Below, piece by piece: positions 26,788 through 41,574 of a stretch of DNA of 64,000 nt. This stretch comes from Eledone cirrhosa. Lineage: Eukaryota. Location: positions 86,242,001 to 86,306,000 of the forward strand of contig OZ024743.1 in the NCBI GenBank assembly GCA_964016885.1. The letters run 5' to 3'. The position numbers and the translations under genes were made by a program. Positions within the stretch are counted from its first letter, which is position 1. Each line of letters begins with the position of its first letter. Under the pieces are notes generated by a model. It ran no database searches, had not been told where the DNA came from, and saw only the letters and a program-made list of their open reading frames with translations.

Positions 26788-27435
26788 AATATATACGATA
26801 AACACAAAACGTGTTTACATTGCAACAGACAAAGTTAGCTAGCAATGAAATAAACTAATTAAAGTGAATACAATTTGTCTGTCTCGATATAAGTCAATAA
26901 AGACAAGCTTATATTGGCAAAAGCCGTGATTCCTGGACAAATTTAAATTTCAAAATCCAAACCCGCTCCGTAGATGAATTTGAACTTCGAAACCCAAATA
27001 TGTTTCGCAACGATGGTACATGAATTGAAAAATAAAGAGAATCGAAATGGAATTGAAATAAAAAGTGAAATATCCAAATCTTCTGTGCTTATCGACAGGA
27101 ATCCAGTAAAATTAGTACATTCCACCTTCAAAAATTTTGCAGGTCTGATTACACGTGGCAGGTCTGATTAAAACGGAGCGGGTTTGGATTTTGAAATTTA
27201 AATTTGTCCAGGAATCACGGCTTTTGCCAATATAAGCTTGTCTTTATTGACTTATATCGAGACAGACAAATTGTATTCACTTTAATTAGTTTATTTCATT
27301 GCTAGCTAACTTTGTCTGTTGCAATGTAAACACGTTTTGTGTTTATCGTATATATTTTCACTGCTCAGAAATGCCTCTTTCTTGGAGCTGATTAATTGTA
27401 AACGACTAAGAGTTTAATCTCAAAATATAATATAG
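26788..27435 (+). mobile_element. Fold-back element (184-bp arms, ~200-bp spacer, tail) in (TA)n
   Basis: 26788-26971 is the reverse complement of 27173-27356. Confidence 0.85.
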
Positions 27436-27467
27436 TATATATATATATGTATATATTTATATATATA

Positions 27468-27533
<66 letters not shown>

Positions 27534-27541
27534 CATATACA

Positions 27542-29967
27542 TCTATATAAAACTGAAATTGTCTGTGTGTGTGTGTGTCCCCTAATTTTTGCAAAGTCTA
27601 TACAAATCCACATTTCTACTCCGATTGACTTCAAACTTGCATTTATATATTCCTTGCGGTCTAAAGATATTAACTGCAGCATTTATTTTTCAATTTTCTG
27701 TTATTAAAGGAGTGTTAGGAGCCGGTTATCGATCTCTCTGTCTTTCTTAGTCTGTCTTTTTAGATAGAAACATAGCTATAACGTCGCGCCCTTATAATAT
27801 CTCTCTGTATGTCTGGCTGTCTGCATTACGACATTATGACAAACATTGGTCTCATTGCTGACGTATTATCTTCGCTATTTCCCCTTCATTGTCAGGGAAC
27901 GTCTTCACGAACCAAAGTATCGTCTTCCCGTTTTCCTTCGGCTGCAACGTTTTTCGAAATATTTACTTCTGCGTTCACAAATTGATTTTTTTTAGTTAAG
28001 GTGAAAGCACACGTTGTAAGCGTTGTAAGCACACGTTGTAAGCAATGTTACTGCTGCTACATAGGACTCCCATTACCACTGAACTTTCACATTTGCGTTC
28101 TGCATTTCCTTCCGCAGGCCAACATGGAATGGTCTTCATAGTAGTCAGTTTATTGAGCGAGAAACAGAAAGCCCATTGACAATAACGAAAACCGCTAACA
28201 TCAACGCAGAATGATACATTATAGGTCGCTTTAACCCGTCTTTTATTAATAAAAAACTTCTTGCCAATAAGCATTGCGCCATTCATCTATTTTTTTTTAT
28301 AATACAGATTTATTATATTTATTTAACACATTCTATTTTTTTTTTTAAAAATCATAAACTATTGTCATATTTACAAAAATTATACGCGATCGGGCCCACC
28401 CACAGCCCCGGCGGACAGAAAGAGTTTCCCCGGAGGACGGCAAGGGAGACGCGCTGGAAAAGCCACTCCAACTCGCGGGACTTACACCTGCGGCTGGCCA
28501 GCTCAGTGCCTATGGTGGTGAGTAAGTCCTGGGGCCGAGGACACCAGAAGTCTCCACTGCCAGGGGTGCGACCGCAAACATGTCGGAGAGTGACCTGTAT
28601 TTGAGGAGTTTGGCCTCCTCAGCCCGACGTGCAGCAGAACCTGGGTCAGTTGCAGACTGCACCAATTTGCGGCTGCAGAAAGTGTCGGTGCAAGTGGCAT
28701 CCCAGACGAGGGGTTTGCCACCGCGGAACAGGAAGATGGTCATGCATCTGGCCTTTTGCCGACCCCTCGATCCAGCTCCACCGGTTCGAGCTGGGAAGGG
28801 AAGCCTGCAGCGTCCAAGCCTTGCTTAATGACCTCGTTGAGGGCAGCATGGCGTGAAATGTAGCTGGCATTGTGGAGACAGGAAAGCGGGTGGAGGCCGA
28901 AAGAGTCCACGGTGGAACCGCAGCGACATTGGTGTGGCTGGCAGATCCGGAGGCCGAGCCTCAGGGAAACGCCGATGCTCAGGCTATTGTTGTCTAGCTG
29001 CGTGCCAGTGGAGAAGGAGGGCAGGGCATGGAGCCAGGCACCACTGTGGGGTTTGGAGGCCGCACGAAAATAAGCAAGGTGGTGCTGGTCGAGCTGGCGC
29101 GTGAGCCTGTCTGAGGCCAGGCTGCACTGGATGGCATCCCAAGTACGTTGGGGGGACTTGACGTCAACAGGAGGAGAAGGAGGCGGGACGTCTACTGGGC
29201 TAAGTCCCAGCCGGTCCCACGTCTCACAGGCGCCCTCACGTTCTCTGAACACAGAGGGTTCTGTTGTGACTTGAAGAACCCTGCTGACGAGGACGCGGCA
29301 CGAGGTTACCGACGAAAGATCCGCCGGTAAAGGTAGACCAACAAATACCAACTAAACGGAGCGTTGACAAGAACGATGGCGAATGAATCTTCGAGGTAAG
29401 CAGTTTCCCCCCGTGCTGTTAGTTCACGCGGGATTCTCTGCTACACCTTTTCATAATAATAACGTACTGCTGGTCACTCCTTCCTCCAAAAGCCGTACAA
29501 AGCGGACATGTGCATCGGGCAGATGGATCGGGTGCATATCTACACCAGGCCTACGCGAGAAATTCGCAAGGGACTGCACCGAGAGGGATAGAGAGAAAGA
29601 GTAACTTAGTGGAAAGAGTGCGAATGAACTTTTGAGGTAAGTAGCCTACGCCTTTGTGCTATGACACTGGAACCTTCTGCCAACTGAGCCTGTGACTTTC
29701 TCTTTCACATTTACTGCAAAAGGCCAAAACAGAGTGGAAACGCCGGTGGAGAAGGAGTATGAAAAGAAGGGGCTCAACAATATTTCTATGAACAATGCAC
29801 GTAGACAGCTAAACTGTACTTTCAACTTCTTAATTTTCTCCAAATAAAACAAGTTTCCTGTCGGTATATTTTCGTGAGTTTTTAACAGGCACTCACAAAT
29901 AAACGTTTCTCATTGGAGGTACTATTACCAATGTTCTTACCCGTGCAACGCCGGGATACACTGCTAG
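27542..29967 (+). mobile_element. Non-autonomous Helitron carrying a CRE-like retroelement fragment
   Basis: A|TC start; cccg-tgcaacgc-cggg hairpin; CTAG|T end. Confidence 0.8.
28290..29400 (-). mobile_element. CRE-clade (restriction-like endonuclease) non-LTR retrotransposon 3' fragment
   Basis: SGAWLHALP..LRLG..CRCG..GLHPLSC..RH..EP..KRPD; LVWDATC..AEEAKLLKY..PLAVETSGVLG; A-rich tail. Confidence 0.85.
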
Positions 29968-30480
29968 TATATATATATATATATATATGGAAGGAATATA
30001 TTATCGTCATTTTACGTCCGTTTTTCAATGTTCGCTCACACAAACACACGCGCGCGTTTAATGATTGTTTTATCTTGTTGGATAGTAGACGTCTTATTCT
30101 ATTTTCAGTGAAATTATGCTTCCTGTCTTACACTAATGTGTTTTGAGACTACACCTAAAACTAGCTGATGTTAGCAAATATGACAGACAAAACCTAGAGT
30201 TTCTCCAAGACTCTTTGGGTGTGTCTTTGGAATGACATTTTTGTGTATATGTCTTTACATTCCATTTTAAAACTTAAGCATGCTGCTGCACACTGCACCA
30301 GAAGTGTTTTGCGGTCGTGGCTATATCAGACATTGCTAACCATAAATTGAATCTAAGCGTGACATGTGATTAATATATCCTGTTTGCCAAGTATATCCAT
30401 AGATATCACATTTCCAGCTAAAGATTATCAGGCAAATTCATAGTAGTGCCTTTATGTAAACACACATACACACACACACA

Positions 30481-30560
<80 letters not shown>

Positions 30561-30594
30561 GGATTTAAATGGATACAGTTTAGTTAAAAGGAAT

Positions 30595-30715
30595 TTATTG
30601 ACACGTGTTTCTATAACAGTTACATAACCTGAAAACAGCTGCTATCTACAAAGTATTAGTTATGCAGACATTCAATATTTTAATGTTATTATCAACTGTC
30701 ATTTCATCGGAATAA
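30595..30715 (-). ncRNA. Hammerhead ribozyme with very long stem II insertion (mirror copy at 35830-35950 +)
   Basis: ttatt-CCGATGA-aatgacagtt...aactgttata-GAAAC-acgt-GTC-aataa. Confidence 0.6.
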
Positions 30716-31235
30716 TTTTACTGAGGACCAGTTTGGTTTTTATAGAGAATATTAGGAGGGAGGGGTGAAGTTGTTAGAAGAATAGTTGAGGGAGTGGTTT
30801 TTTGATAGCAGTGAGAATTTTTGGTGGCAGTGAGTAATTAGATTCCCATCTGTTGTTTTGACATTTTTATAGAATATATTATTATTGGTTATTTTTCTAA
30901 ATCTATAGAAGGATTAGAGATAGTATAGATATGTGTGGTTGGTTTTGTGTTTGCACTTAATTAACATTCAGACTTAAATTTTTCTTTCAAGTGTACGTAT
31001 CCTTTCGCCCACGCATTCACACACAAACATATATGCACACCTCTACAAAATACATATACTCACATACATATACTTACATGGTCATACTTACATACATATA
31101 CACATGCATACCTATATATATATACACATATATACATGTACATACATACGCGTTCATGTGTATACATTTTCATACTCAACTTATCTTTATATACACACGT
31201 ATAGACACACACATATATACATACATACTCCAGTC

Positions 31236-31608
<373 letters not shown>

Positions 31609-32680
31609 ACTTTAATACATGAATACACTTACATCTAACTATACACATCAAACATATATATATATTTACTTATTTATATACATTTTCACATATATATACA
31701 TACTTATGATCGCTTTTAGACACATTCATTATAGCATATTTGCACCTATTCTCATCAGCATATCTTTCCATTATTATTGTGGTAATTTAAGGTTATAAAT
31801 ATACATATATATGTTGAGAAGAGATTGTTTTTATATTTTTCTAACTAGATTGAGGTTTATATAGTTGGGGGGATGTCCCTCTTTTATGTAATATTCAGCT
31901 TGTAGTGGGGAAAAAGGGTTTTAGTTCGGTGACGGCAGAATAATGTTCGTTCAATTCTGTTATTCAGCAATTTCCTCTTGTGTGTGATTATGTAATAAAT
32001 CTCAAGATTACACAATTTGCAGAAATTTTGGCTCCTGGAAAAGCTTTGGGTTTTAGCTAATTTCTCCCATTTTAGGGTAAACTTTTGATCGCTATCCCTG
32101 AGCGTCCAAGCTTTTTCTGCTAAAGTTGTTACATTTCTTTGGCTCTGGTGTTTTATTGAGTAAGAATGCCTATATAATCGAAATTTAAACGATGTTGCCG
32201 TTGATCCCACGTAATACCACTCGTTGCCTCCGGATTTAATGGTACACTTATAAATAATATTTTTTTCCAGGCAGTTATTGCCGAGGGGGCAGTTGTCAGG
32301 ATAGGTGCAGTTACAGTTGTGTACGTTGGGTTTTCTCTGGAGTAGTATTGCGGACGAACTTAGGTGTGGTTTATGGTTCTGTAGTGTATTGTCTACTGTT
32401 TTTTTTTGTGTTCTTTGTACTTAAGTTTTTAGTGTTTTCGTTTAACCTTCTAGTATTGATCTTTTTTATGTGTTGTTCAAGTTTTAACGCTGTAGAGTAT
32501 GACAGTCTTATAGTGGTAGGGTTTAGGATTTTGTGGTATTTGTGTGATGTAGGAAAATGTCTCTTAATTATTTTAAAGAAGAGTACTGGTAAATTTGTAC
32601 TAATGGAACTATTGTATTCAGGGTTATACCATAAGTACTCTTTGCATCGCTTTCTATTAGTTTTGTTTGTTGGTTTACTA

Positions 32681-34780
32681 TTAGATGCATTTGAGCAGGA
32701 CCTTATGGACTTAATCCTTAAAATTAAATTCAAAGGACGTAACACCAACAACAAATTACAGAAAGATATTAAAAAACTACTGGACGACCTTAAAAACACC
32801 AAAGGAATTGTAGTAAAAGCGGACAAAACATCAAACCTGTATACTATGGACTGCACTACATACAACAACTTCATTCGAAAAGAATTACATAAAAAATATA
32901 GAAAAACGAATGAAGTAACTCTTAAGCACATCAATGATGAGGCATGCGAAATAGTGAAAAATCTCGGAATCGAAGATAGGACAGGACCACTCTTACCGGC
33001 GGTACTCACCTTCAATCTTAAGGACCATAAGGTAAACTTTGATAATGACCCTAAAATTAGATTAATCTGCCCCTCTAAATCAGATATAGGTAAAATAAGC
33101 AAATATATCTTAGATAGAATCATCCCCCAAATTAAGGCTAAGGTTAACATTAAACTCTGGGGGAAGACCCAAGAAGCAATAAGATGGTTTAATAGCATTA
33201 GCAATAAGAATAAATCTAAGTTTATCCAGTTTGATATCGACGAATATTACTCATCGATATCACCTGAAACTTTGAATAGAGCCATTAAGTTTGCTGAGGA
33301 TAACTCTGACCTTACAAACGATGAAATTAAAATTATATTAGAAGCTAGGAAAACTATAGTCAAATTTGAGAACAGTTATTGGGTACGTAAAGATAGACCC
33401 TCTAACTTTGACATAACAATGGGCTCTAACGATTCGGCGGAAATAACTGATATTGTGGGGTTATTTATCGCCTTTAGACTCCAGGAAAAATTCAGCAATC
33501 TCCACGGCGGAATATACCGCGACGATGTTCTCCTCCTAGTTAAAAACCTAAATAACCAAAAACTAGAAAAACTACGCAAAGATATAAGAAAACTACTACT
33601 TGAAATAGGACTAACTATAACATATGAATAGAACCTTAAAGTAGTTAACTTCCTGGATGTCACACTCAATTTAAACTCTGGTCTGATTAAACCGTTTCAT
33701 AAATTGAATGAACATCTCAAGTACGTAAATGTTGGGTCTAACCACCCCATCTCTATAATTAAATCTATCCCTAAAAATATTTCCCTTAGAATCTCAGGTC
33801 TATCTTCTAACATACAAGTATTTAAGGAACACGCCGAGTACTACGATAACGCCATTAGTAAAGCAGGCTACCTCAACAAAATAGAGTATATAGATGAGAA
33901 CAATCAAAACACCCCAAATAAATCCCACATAGGTAGATATAATAACACAACACCAAACCACACTTACTACCATAGTATACACACCAGTAAACCAATAAAC
34001 AAAACTAATAGAAAGCGATGCAAAGAGTACTTATGATATAACCCTGAATACAATAGTTCCATTAGTACAAATTTACCAGTACTCTTCTTTAAAATAATTA
34101 AGAGACATGTTCCTACATCACACAAATACCACAAAATCCTAAACCCTACCACTATAAGACTGTCATACTCTACAGCGTTAAACCTTGAACAACACATAAA
34201 AAAGATCAATACTAGAAGGTTAAACGAAAACACTAAAAACTTAAGTACAAAGAACACAAAAAAAACAGTAGACAATACACTACAGAACCATAAACCACAC
34301 CTAAGTTCGTCCGCAATACTACTCCAGAGAAAACCCAACGTACACAACTGTAACTGCACCTATCCTGACAACTACCCCCTCGGCAATAACTGCCTGGAAA
34401 AAAATATTATTTATAAGTGTACCATTAAATCCGGAGGCAACGAGTGGTATTACGTGGGATCAACGGCAACATCGTTTAAATTTCGATTATATAGGCATTC
34501 TTACTCAATAAAACACCAGAGCCAAAGAAATGTAACAACTTTAGCAGAAAAAGCTTGGACGCTCAGGGATAGCGATCAAAAGTTTACCCTAAAATGGGAG
34601 AAATTAGCTAAAACCCAAAGCTTTTCCAGGAGCCAAAATTTCTGCAAATTGTGTAATCTTGAGATTTATTACATAATCACACACAAGAGGAAATTGCTGA
34701 ATAACAGAATTGAACGAACATTATTCTGCCGTCACCGAACTAAAACCCTTTTTCCCCACTACAAGCTGAATATTACATAA
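32681..34780 (+). pseudogene. PLE reverse transcriptase-GIY-YIG ORF, 5' truncated, with premature stops
   Basis: ADKTSNLY, LKDHK..RLICPSKS, FDIDEYY, FDITMGSNDSAE, GIYRDD, NFLDVTL, IIYKC..YVGST; stops at 33629 and 34034. Confidence 0.9.
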
Positions 34781-35054
34781 AAGAGGGACATCCCCCCAAC
34801 TATATAAACCTCAATCTAGTTAGAAAAATATAAAAACAATCTCTTCTCAACATATATATGTATATTTATAACCTTAAATTACCACATAATAATGGAAAGA
34901 TATGCTGATGAGAATAGGTGCAAATATGCTATAATGAATGTGTCTAAAAGCGATCATAAGTATGTATATATATGTGAAAATGTATATAAATAAGTAAATA
35001 TATATATATGTTTGATGTGTATAGTTAGATGTAAGTGTATTCATGTATTAAAGT

Positions 35055-35094
<40 letters not shown>

Positions 35095-35256
35095 GTTATT
35101 CCGGGTTGAATCGGAGGTAACCACAGTAAGTAAGGTACTCAATACATAGCAGAGTATAACAGTTTTAATATAGATGAGATTCTACAGGACTAGAACTGTT
35201 TCATTCATTTGAATGATTTCAAATGAATGAAACAGTTCTAGTCCTGTAGAATCTCA

Positions 35257-35310
<54 letters not shown>

Positions 35311-36097
35311 GACTGGAGTATGTATGTATATATGTGTGTGTCTATACGTGTGTATATAAAGATAAGTTGAGTATGAAAATGTATACACATGAACGCGTAT
35401 GTATGTACATGTATATATGTGTATATATATATAGGTATGCATGTGTATATGTATGTAAGTATGAGCATGTAAGTATGTGTATGTGAGTATATGTATTTTG
35501 TAGAGGTGTGCATATATGTTTGTGTGTGAATGCGTGGGCGAAAGGATACGTACACTTGAAAGAAAAATTTAAGTCTGAATGTTAATTAAGTGCAAACACA
35601 AAACCAACCACACATATCTATACTATCTCTAATCCTTCTATAGATTTAGAAAAATAACCAATTATAATATATTCTATAAAAATGTCAAAACAATAGATGG
35701 AAATCTAATTACTCACTGCCACCAAAAATTCTCACTGCTATCAAAAACCACTCCCTCAACTATTCTTCTAACAACTTCACCCCTCCCTCCTAATATTCTC
35801 TATAAAAACCAAACTGGTCCTCAGTAAAATTATTTCGATGAAATGACAGTTGATAATAACATTAAAATATTGAATGTCTGCATAACTAATACTTTGTAGA
35901 TAGCAGCTGTTTTCAGGTTATGTAACTGTTATAGAAACACTTGTCAATAAATTCCTTTTAACTAAACTGTATCCATTTAAATCCTTCTATTTTTCTCCGG
36001 ATTACTTTTGGAACTACAACTGGAACCGTCGAGCAAACTCTACGTGAGCTGTACATCTACTGTGTGTAATATTTATATTACAACACTACGGAAAATA

Positions 36098-36177
<80 letters not shown>

Positions 36178-36184
36178 ATGTAAG

Positions 36185-36536
36185 TATATAAAAGGTAAAC
36201 AGAAATAACAACACAATCGGTACAGTATATGGAAGGGATATATTAGGTTAACGCTTGATATAACAGGAAGAGGGTCTTAACGTTTCGGACACTAGTCCTT
36301 CATCAGAAGAAAGAATGAGAAAAAAGATAGATTGAGGGGACGGGCGGGTTGGAATTGGAAAAAATGCCTTTAGATAAAAATAACAGGTCCATTCATGTTG
36401 ACATCTCTTGCAAAACTGTTGGGGCTGGCGTTTTGTGTATGATTTAATTTTTAGAAAAGTGGATGATGGAGCGCGTCTACCTGAAATGGAAAAAAAAAAC
36501 GTTTTGTAAAAAGAGCTATACTTGTGCACGTTCGTA

Positions 36537-36605
<69 letters not shown>

Positions 36606-37035
36606 ATACGTCCGTACGAAGCTAAGAAGAAATGTGTGTGCATGTAACTACGAAGCTATGATCAAAAGTATGTCAATATAAGGGCGTGTATGTGTGTATA
36701 CGGAGCAGTGAAGGGAAAAGTGGAGTGAGCATATATAGTTGGCCTGTATTAGTTGTAAGAGAAGATGTTAATGATCAAGAGAAAGCGATAGGAATCTAGG
36801 GGTATGATAATGGACGGGGTGTTATAGAAATTGGGGAGGTGAGTTGAGTCCAAGAGGGGAATAGGACCCAAGGCGGTGAATCAGATTTTGTTCAGTCCTG
36901 GTGCGCGAAGCCTGTGATCCATGATGTAAAAGGACACCATGGACTGAAACATGTGGGGAAGAATGATCAGGAGAACAGAAATGACGGGCAACAGGAGTAT
37001 CCAAATCGAGTCGTATGTCCCTCACCCCCGGCATT
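36185..37035 (-). mobile_element. PLE (Neptune-type) 3' fragment with HHR
   Basis: RDIRLDLDTPVARHF..RTRTEQ..LG..P.GLN; homologous to 50840-51590; HHR at 36275-36310. Confidence 0.88.
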
Positions 37036-37257
37036 CGTGGTCCTTAGAACCTAACTAATAATTGTTTGTGGAAACAATCGCATATTCGCGGAAAAATCTT
37101 CCGCTATTTTTATGGTTTTTTTCGAGGCAATATATATTTTTAACGCTTATTTATTAATAACAATATACCGTATCGGCCTATTGGACGCCTCTTCACATAA
37201 GGCTTCCCCTCTTTTTTTTAAAATTATATTTTACGTTTCGGACACTAGTCCTTCATC

Positions 37258-37288
<31 letters not shown>

Positions 37289-37289
37289 A

Positions 37290-38828
37290 AGTGGTCCTTC
37301 ATCAGTGATCTTCCAACCATCATCGGTATTTCTTCGCTTTAAAGACCATATACCTCCGGTTGGTGCGAGCAACGGCTAAAAAAAGTCGTTGGGACACGTA
37401 AATAAAGGGGACAGCGAGAGTGTAAACAAACAAAGATGGTGAAGCAACGAAAAATGAGGAAGAGCGAGTCAAGTCCAAAAATTTCTATGAATAAAAGTTC
37501 GGTGAAATCGTGAACGAGAGAGAATAAAGACCATCAAACCTGGTTGAAATGTGAGCAAGGAAGGAATTTCGCACAGGTTTAACGGGAGGAAGAAGGGGTC
37601 TAGTCTGTGAATTCGGTAAACATAAGTTCTGTGAAATCGTAGACGAGAGAGAGAAAAAATGCCGACCGGCCTGGCCAAGCGTGCGAAAGAAAAGAATTAC
37701 GCACAGGTCAAACGGGAAGAAGGAGGAGGAGGAGAGGTAGTAACAGAGAGTGAGTGAGTGAAGGGTGAGGAAGAGGCTAACAGAGAGAGTGACTGTTAGA
37801 GAGGGTAAAAATACAGAGAAAGAGGAAGCAGTAAGAACGAAATAGACGAGTCACAGCGGGGGAAAAAAATATGTGTAAATATGAGAATAAACGTGCTGCG
37901 GAGTTGCAAATGGGTTACATATGAATGAAGTGGTCCTTCATCAGTGATCTTCCAACCATCATCGGTATTTCTTCGCTTTAAAGACCATATACCTCTGGTT
38001 GGTGCGAGCAACGGCTAAAAAAAGTCGTTGGGACACGTAAATAAAGGGGACAGCGAGAGTGTAAACAAACAAAGATGGTGAAGCAACGAAAAGTAAGGAA
38101 AAAGGAGTCAAGTCCCAAATTTCCATGAATATAAGTTCGGTGAAATCGTGAACGAGAGAGAATAAAGACCATCAAACCTGGTTGGAATGTGAGCAAGGAA
38201 GGAATTCCGTACAGGTCTAACGGGAGGAAGAAGGAATCTAGTCTGTATCTAGTCTCTATCTTTACCCTCTCTAACAGTCACTCTCTCTGTTAGCCTCTTC
38301 CTCACCCTTCACTCACTCACTCTCTGTTACTACCTCTCCTCCTCCTCCTTCTTCCCGTTTGACCTGTGCGTAATTCTTTTCTTTCGCACGCTTGGCCAGG
38401 CCGGTCGGCATTTTTTCTCTCTCTCGTCTACGATTTCACAAAACTTATGTTTACCGAATTCACAGACTAGACCCCTTCTTCCTCCCGTTAGACCTGTGCG
38501 AAATTCCTTCCTTGCTCACATTTCAACCAGGTTTGATGGTCTTTATTCTCTTTCGTTCACGATTTCACCGAACTTATATTCATGGAAATTTTTGGACTTG
38601 ACTCGCTCTTCCTCACTTTTCGTTGCTTCACCATCTTTGTTTGTTTACACTATCGCTGTTCCCTTTATTTACGTGTCCCAACGACTTTCTTTAGCCGTTT
38701 CTCGCACCAACCGGAGGTATATGGTCTTTAAAGCGAAGAAATATCGATGATGGTTGGAAGATCACTGATGAAGGACCACTTTATTCATATGTAACCCATT
38801 TGCAACTCCGCAGCACGTTTATTCTCAT
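37290..38828. mobile_element. Family D element: tandem copies plus an inverted copy
   Basis: 37290-37925 and 37926-38247 are head-to-tail; 38255-38828 is inverted. Confidence 0.85.
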
Positions 38829-38831
38829 ATA

Positions 38832-38868
<37 letters not shown>

Positions 38869-38872
38869 GTAT

Positions 38873-38915
<43 letters not shown>

Positions 38916-38921
38916 GAGAGA

Positions 38922-39569
38922 AACGAAGCCTGCATGCTCCGATGGATGTGTAACAGTAATATACGTGAACGACAAAGCATAAATGAATTGAGAGAGAGAC
39001 TGAGCATAAGAGGAATCAAATGCTGCGTGCAGGAGAGGCGGTTACGCTGGTATGGACATGTGATGCGTATGAAGGATGACAGCTGCATAAAAAGGTGCAG
39101 AGCACTAGAAGTTGATGGAAACCGCGGAGTGGGGAGACCCAAGATGACTTGGGATGAGGTGATAAAAGCCGACCTTACCCAACTACACCTCTCAAAGTCA
39201 ATGACACACGACCGTGACTTCTGGCGTCACGCAGTAATACAGGGTACCCGACCTCCCATGGGTACATGCTGAAGCATATAAACAATATGCCCCCCCCCCA
39301 CCGCAAGGTGGTCGTGGAGGTGCCACGGCAAAAAAGCACCCAGCCCACACTGTAAAGTGGACGTGTAGGCGCCACGAAAAAGCACCCAGCACTCACTGTA
39401 AATGAGGTTGGTGTTAGGAAGGGCATCCAGCTGTAGAAATCAAGCCAGATCAGTTCCTGTATGAGCAAGGCATGGTCAGCCGACCAGACACTGCCCACAA
39501 CAGGACAACCCGTCTAACCCATGCTAGCGTGGAAGAATGGACGTAAAACGGTGATGATGACGGTGATGA

Positions 39570-39572
<3 letters not shown>
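38922..39572 (+). mobile_element. RTE LINE 3' end
   Basis: MLRWMC..ERRLRWYGHVMR..G.R..GRPK.TW; UTR ggtgttaggaagggcatccagc; (TGA)n tail. Confidence 0.88.
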
Positions 39573-39653
<81 letters not shown>

Positions 39654-39727
39654 ATGGGTGTGTGTCTATTCCAGCACGCAGCTTCGGCAAATTAAACAGT
39701 ATGTATGATATCTTGTTCAATTTCTAT

Positions 39728-40165
39728 TATATAATAATAATAATAATGAAATTATTGTGTACAGTGCTGCTCAGGTGCACTACAACTCGTCAAAGGTGCA
39801 TCTATAGTACATAGAATAATATACAAATGTCAGGGAAGTGAATAGTGTATGAGTCATGATATACATGTGTGTATGTGTATGGAGGGGGAACATTAGGTGT
39901 AGTGTTGGCGAATCTCGGGAAGCATGGACGTTTTAAAGGATGCAGTGTCTCTAGAACTAACAACTGATGCAGGTAGTTTGTTCCATGCTTCAGCAATTCT
40001 GAGCGTGAAAAAATGTTTCCGAAAGTCATGGGAGCTCTGCTGTTTTCTGACTTTATAGGCATGCCCACGTGTGTTAGACACATAGAAATCAAAAATCTAC
40101 TCAGGGTTGTTGGTGGCAAGATGGTTAACAATTTTGTGGGTGTTTACCAGTCAGTTGCCAGGCGT
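39728..40165 (-). mobile_element. CR1/L2-group LINE 3' end
   Basis: NTRGHAYK..RKHFFTLRI...WNKLP..VV....SFK; (TAT)n tail. Confidence 0.8.
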
Positions 40166-40378
40166 CGGAGCTTCTCTTGAAGAATTATAATTCCCCCTGA
40201 AGAGTATGCCGGATTCTTCAATTATTGGTGGTTCTAATAAGAATTATTTCCCATATGAAACCATGGTAGGTAGATCTATATATAAGCGAGTTTAGATACA
40301 ATAATTTTTTTGTCTATTTTGTTTGTACTCCCATAAAGAAAGATTTTTCTCACTTACTTTTAATATGATATAATATAC

Positions 40379-40459
<81 letters not shown>

Positions 40460-40462
<3 letters not shown>

Positions 40463-40560
40463 TGAAGGACTAGTGTCCGAAACGTAAAGACTCTTTTCCT
40501 GTTATTTCAAGCGTTAAACTAATATATTTCTACAATGTACTGTTTTGGCTACCACTGTAT
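40460..40560 (+). mobile_element. Neptune-type terminal fragment starting within the HHR core
   Basis: (GT)n-TGATGA-aggac-tagt-gtcc-GAAAC-GTA-aaga, followed by the family tail. Confidence 0.75.
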
Positions 40561-40775
40561 AGTAGACTAGCAGGTCTAAAACCGGCTTCTCTCACCAGGA
40601 CAAATGCTTTACAACCGTTACTCCACTACAGTCGCAGCCAAAACTGGACCCCGAAACCTAAGGTCGCGCTTACATGCTAGGTGTATGAACTTTAATATAA
40701 ACTAAATAAGATTTCTTGTATTAGACTGAGCATTTTTTCCTTTGCCTTTTATTTACGGATATCTTGCATACACAC

Positions 40776-40808
<33 letters not shown>

Positions 40809-40814
40809 CATATT

Positions 40815-40858
<44 letters not shown>

Positions 40859-40859
<1 letters not shown>

Positions 40860-41052
40860 TTTTATTTTATAGAAGGAACTTCTACAGGACTAGTACTGTT
40901 TCATTCAGATGAAATCTTCCTGAAGATTTCATCTGAATGAAACAGTACTAGTCCTGTAGAAGTTCCTTCTATAAAATAAAAAAAAATTTACTCTGCCATG
41001 TATTGAGTACCTTACTTACTGTGGTTATCCCCGACTCAACCCGGGACCTACG
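40859..41052 (+). mobile_element. Fold-back mini-element, family B
   Basis: ~60-bp arms with apex at 40920-40921 = first two bases of CTGAAGA; GAAAC-agtacta-GTC; tail. Confidence 0.85.
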
Positions 41053-41078
41053 TATATATATATATATACACACACACA

Positions 41079-41251
41079 TACCGTATTTCCCGGCGTCGAA
41101 AACGCTACTTTTTTCCTAAAATAAGTCTCAAAAATCTAACATGCGTCCTGGAGTCCGAAGGTTGTTTATTATTTTTGTTTCAAATTTTTAGTTGTCAAAA
41201 GTAGGGTGAGTCCTCGAGGACGAAGCATCTTCGGCGCCGGGAAAAACGCTA
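41079..41251. mobile_element. MITE, Tc1/mariner/pogo-like
   Basis: Imperfect TIRs taccgtatttcccggcgtcgaa / ttcggcgccgggaaaaacgcta, bounded by TA. Confidence 0.7.
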
Positions 41252-41574
41252 CCTACATACATACCATACATATATGTATACACATACACATATATATCAA
41301 TTATGTTGTGTGGTTCATGAGTGGGTAGAACTGGTCATTCCTGTTAGTAAACCTTGACGTAATAGTAAGAAAAGCATTCCATTGTAGATGTTGAGTCTCG
41401 TGGCTGGTGCAGGAAGGGAGTTAAATATTTATTTAAAACAACAGAAGGCCGGACTCGGGATATCCTTTTAAAGTTTTAATGTAGTAAAAAACAAAAAAAC
41501 AAAAACCCCAGTCTACATTGTAAATGTGGTTGGCGTGAGGAAGGGCATCCAGCCGTAGGAGCCGAGTCAGAAAC

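Noticed and set aside
32348-33631. 427-aa ORF with hydrophobic N-terminus fused to RT
   Set aside because: The first ~110 aa are the antisense reading of the inverted arm, a by-product of the fold-back junction.
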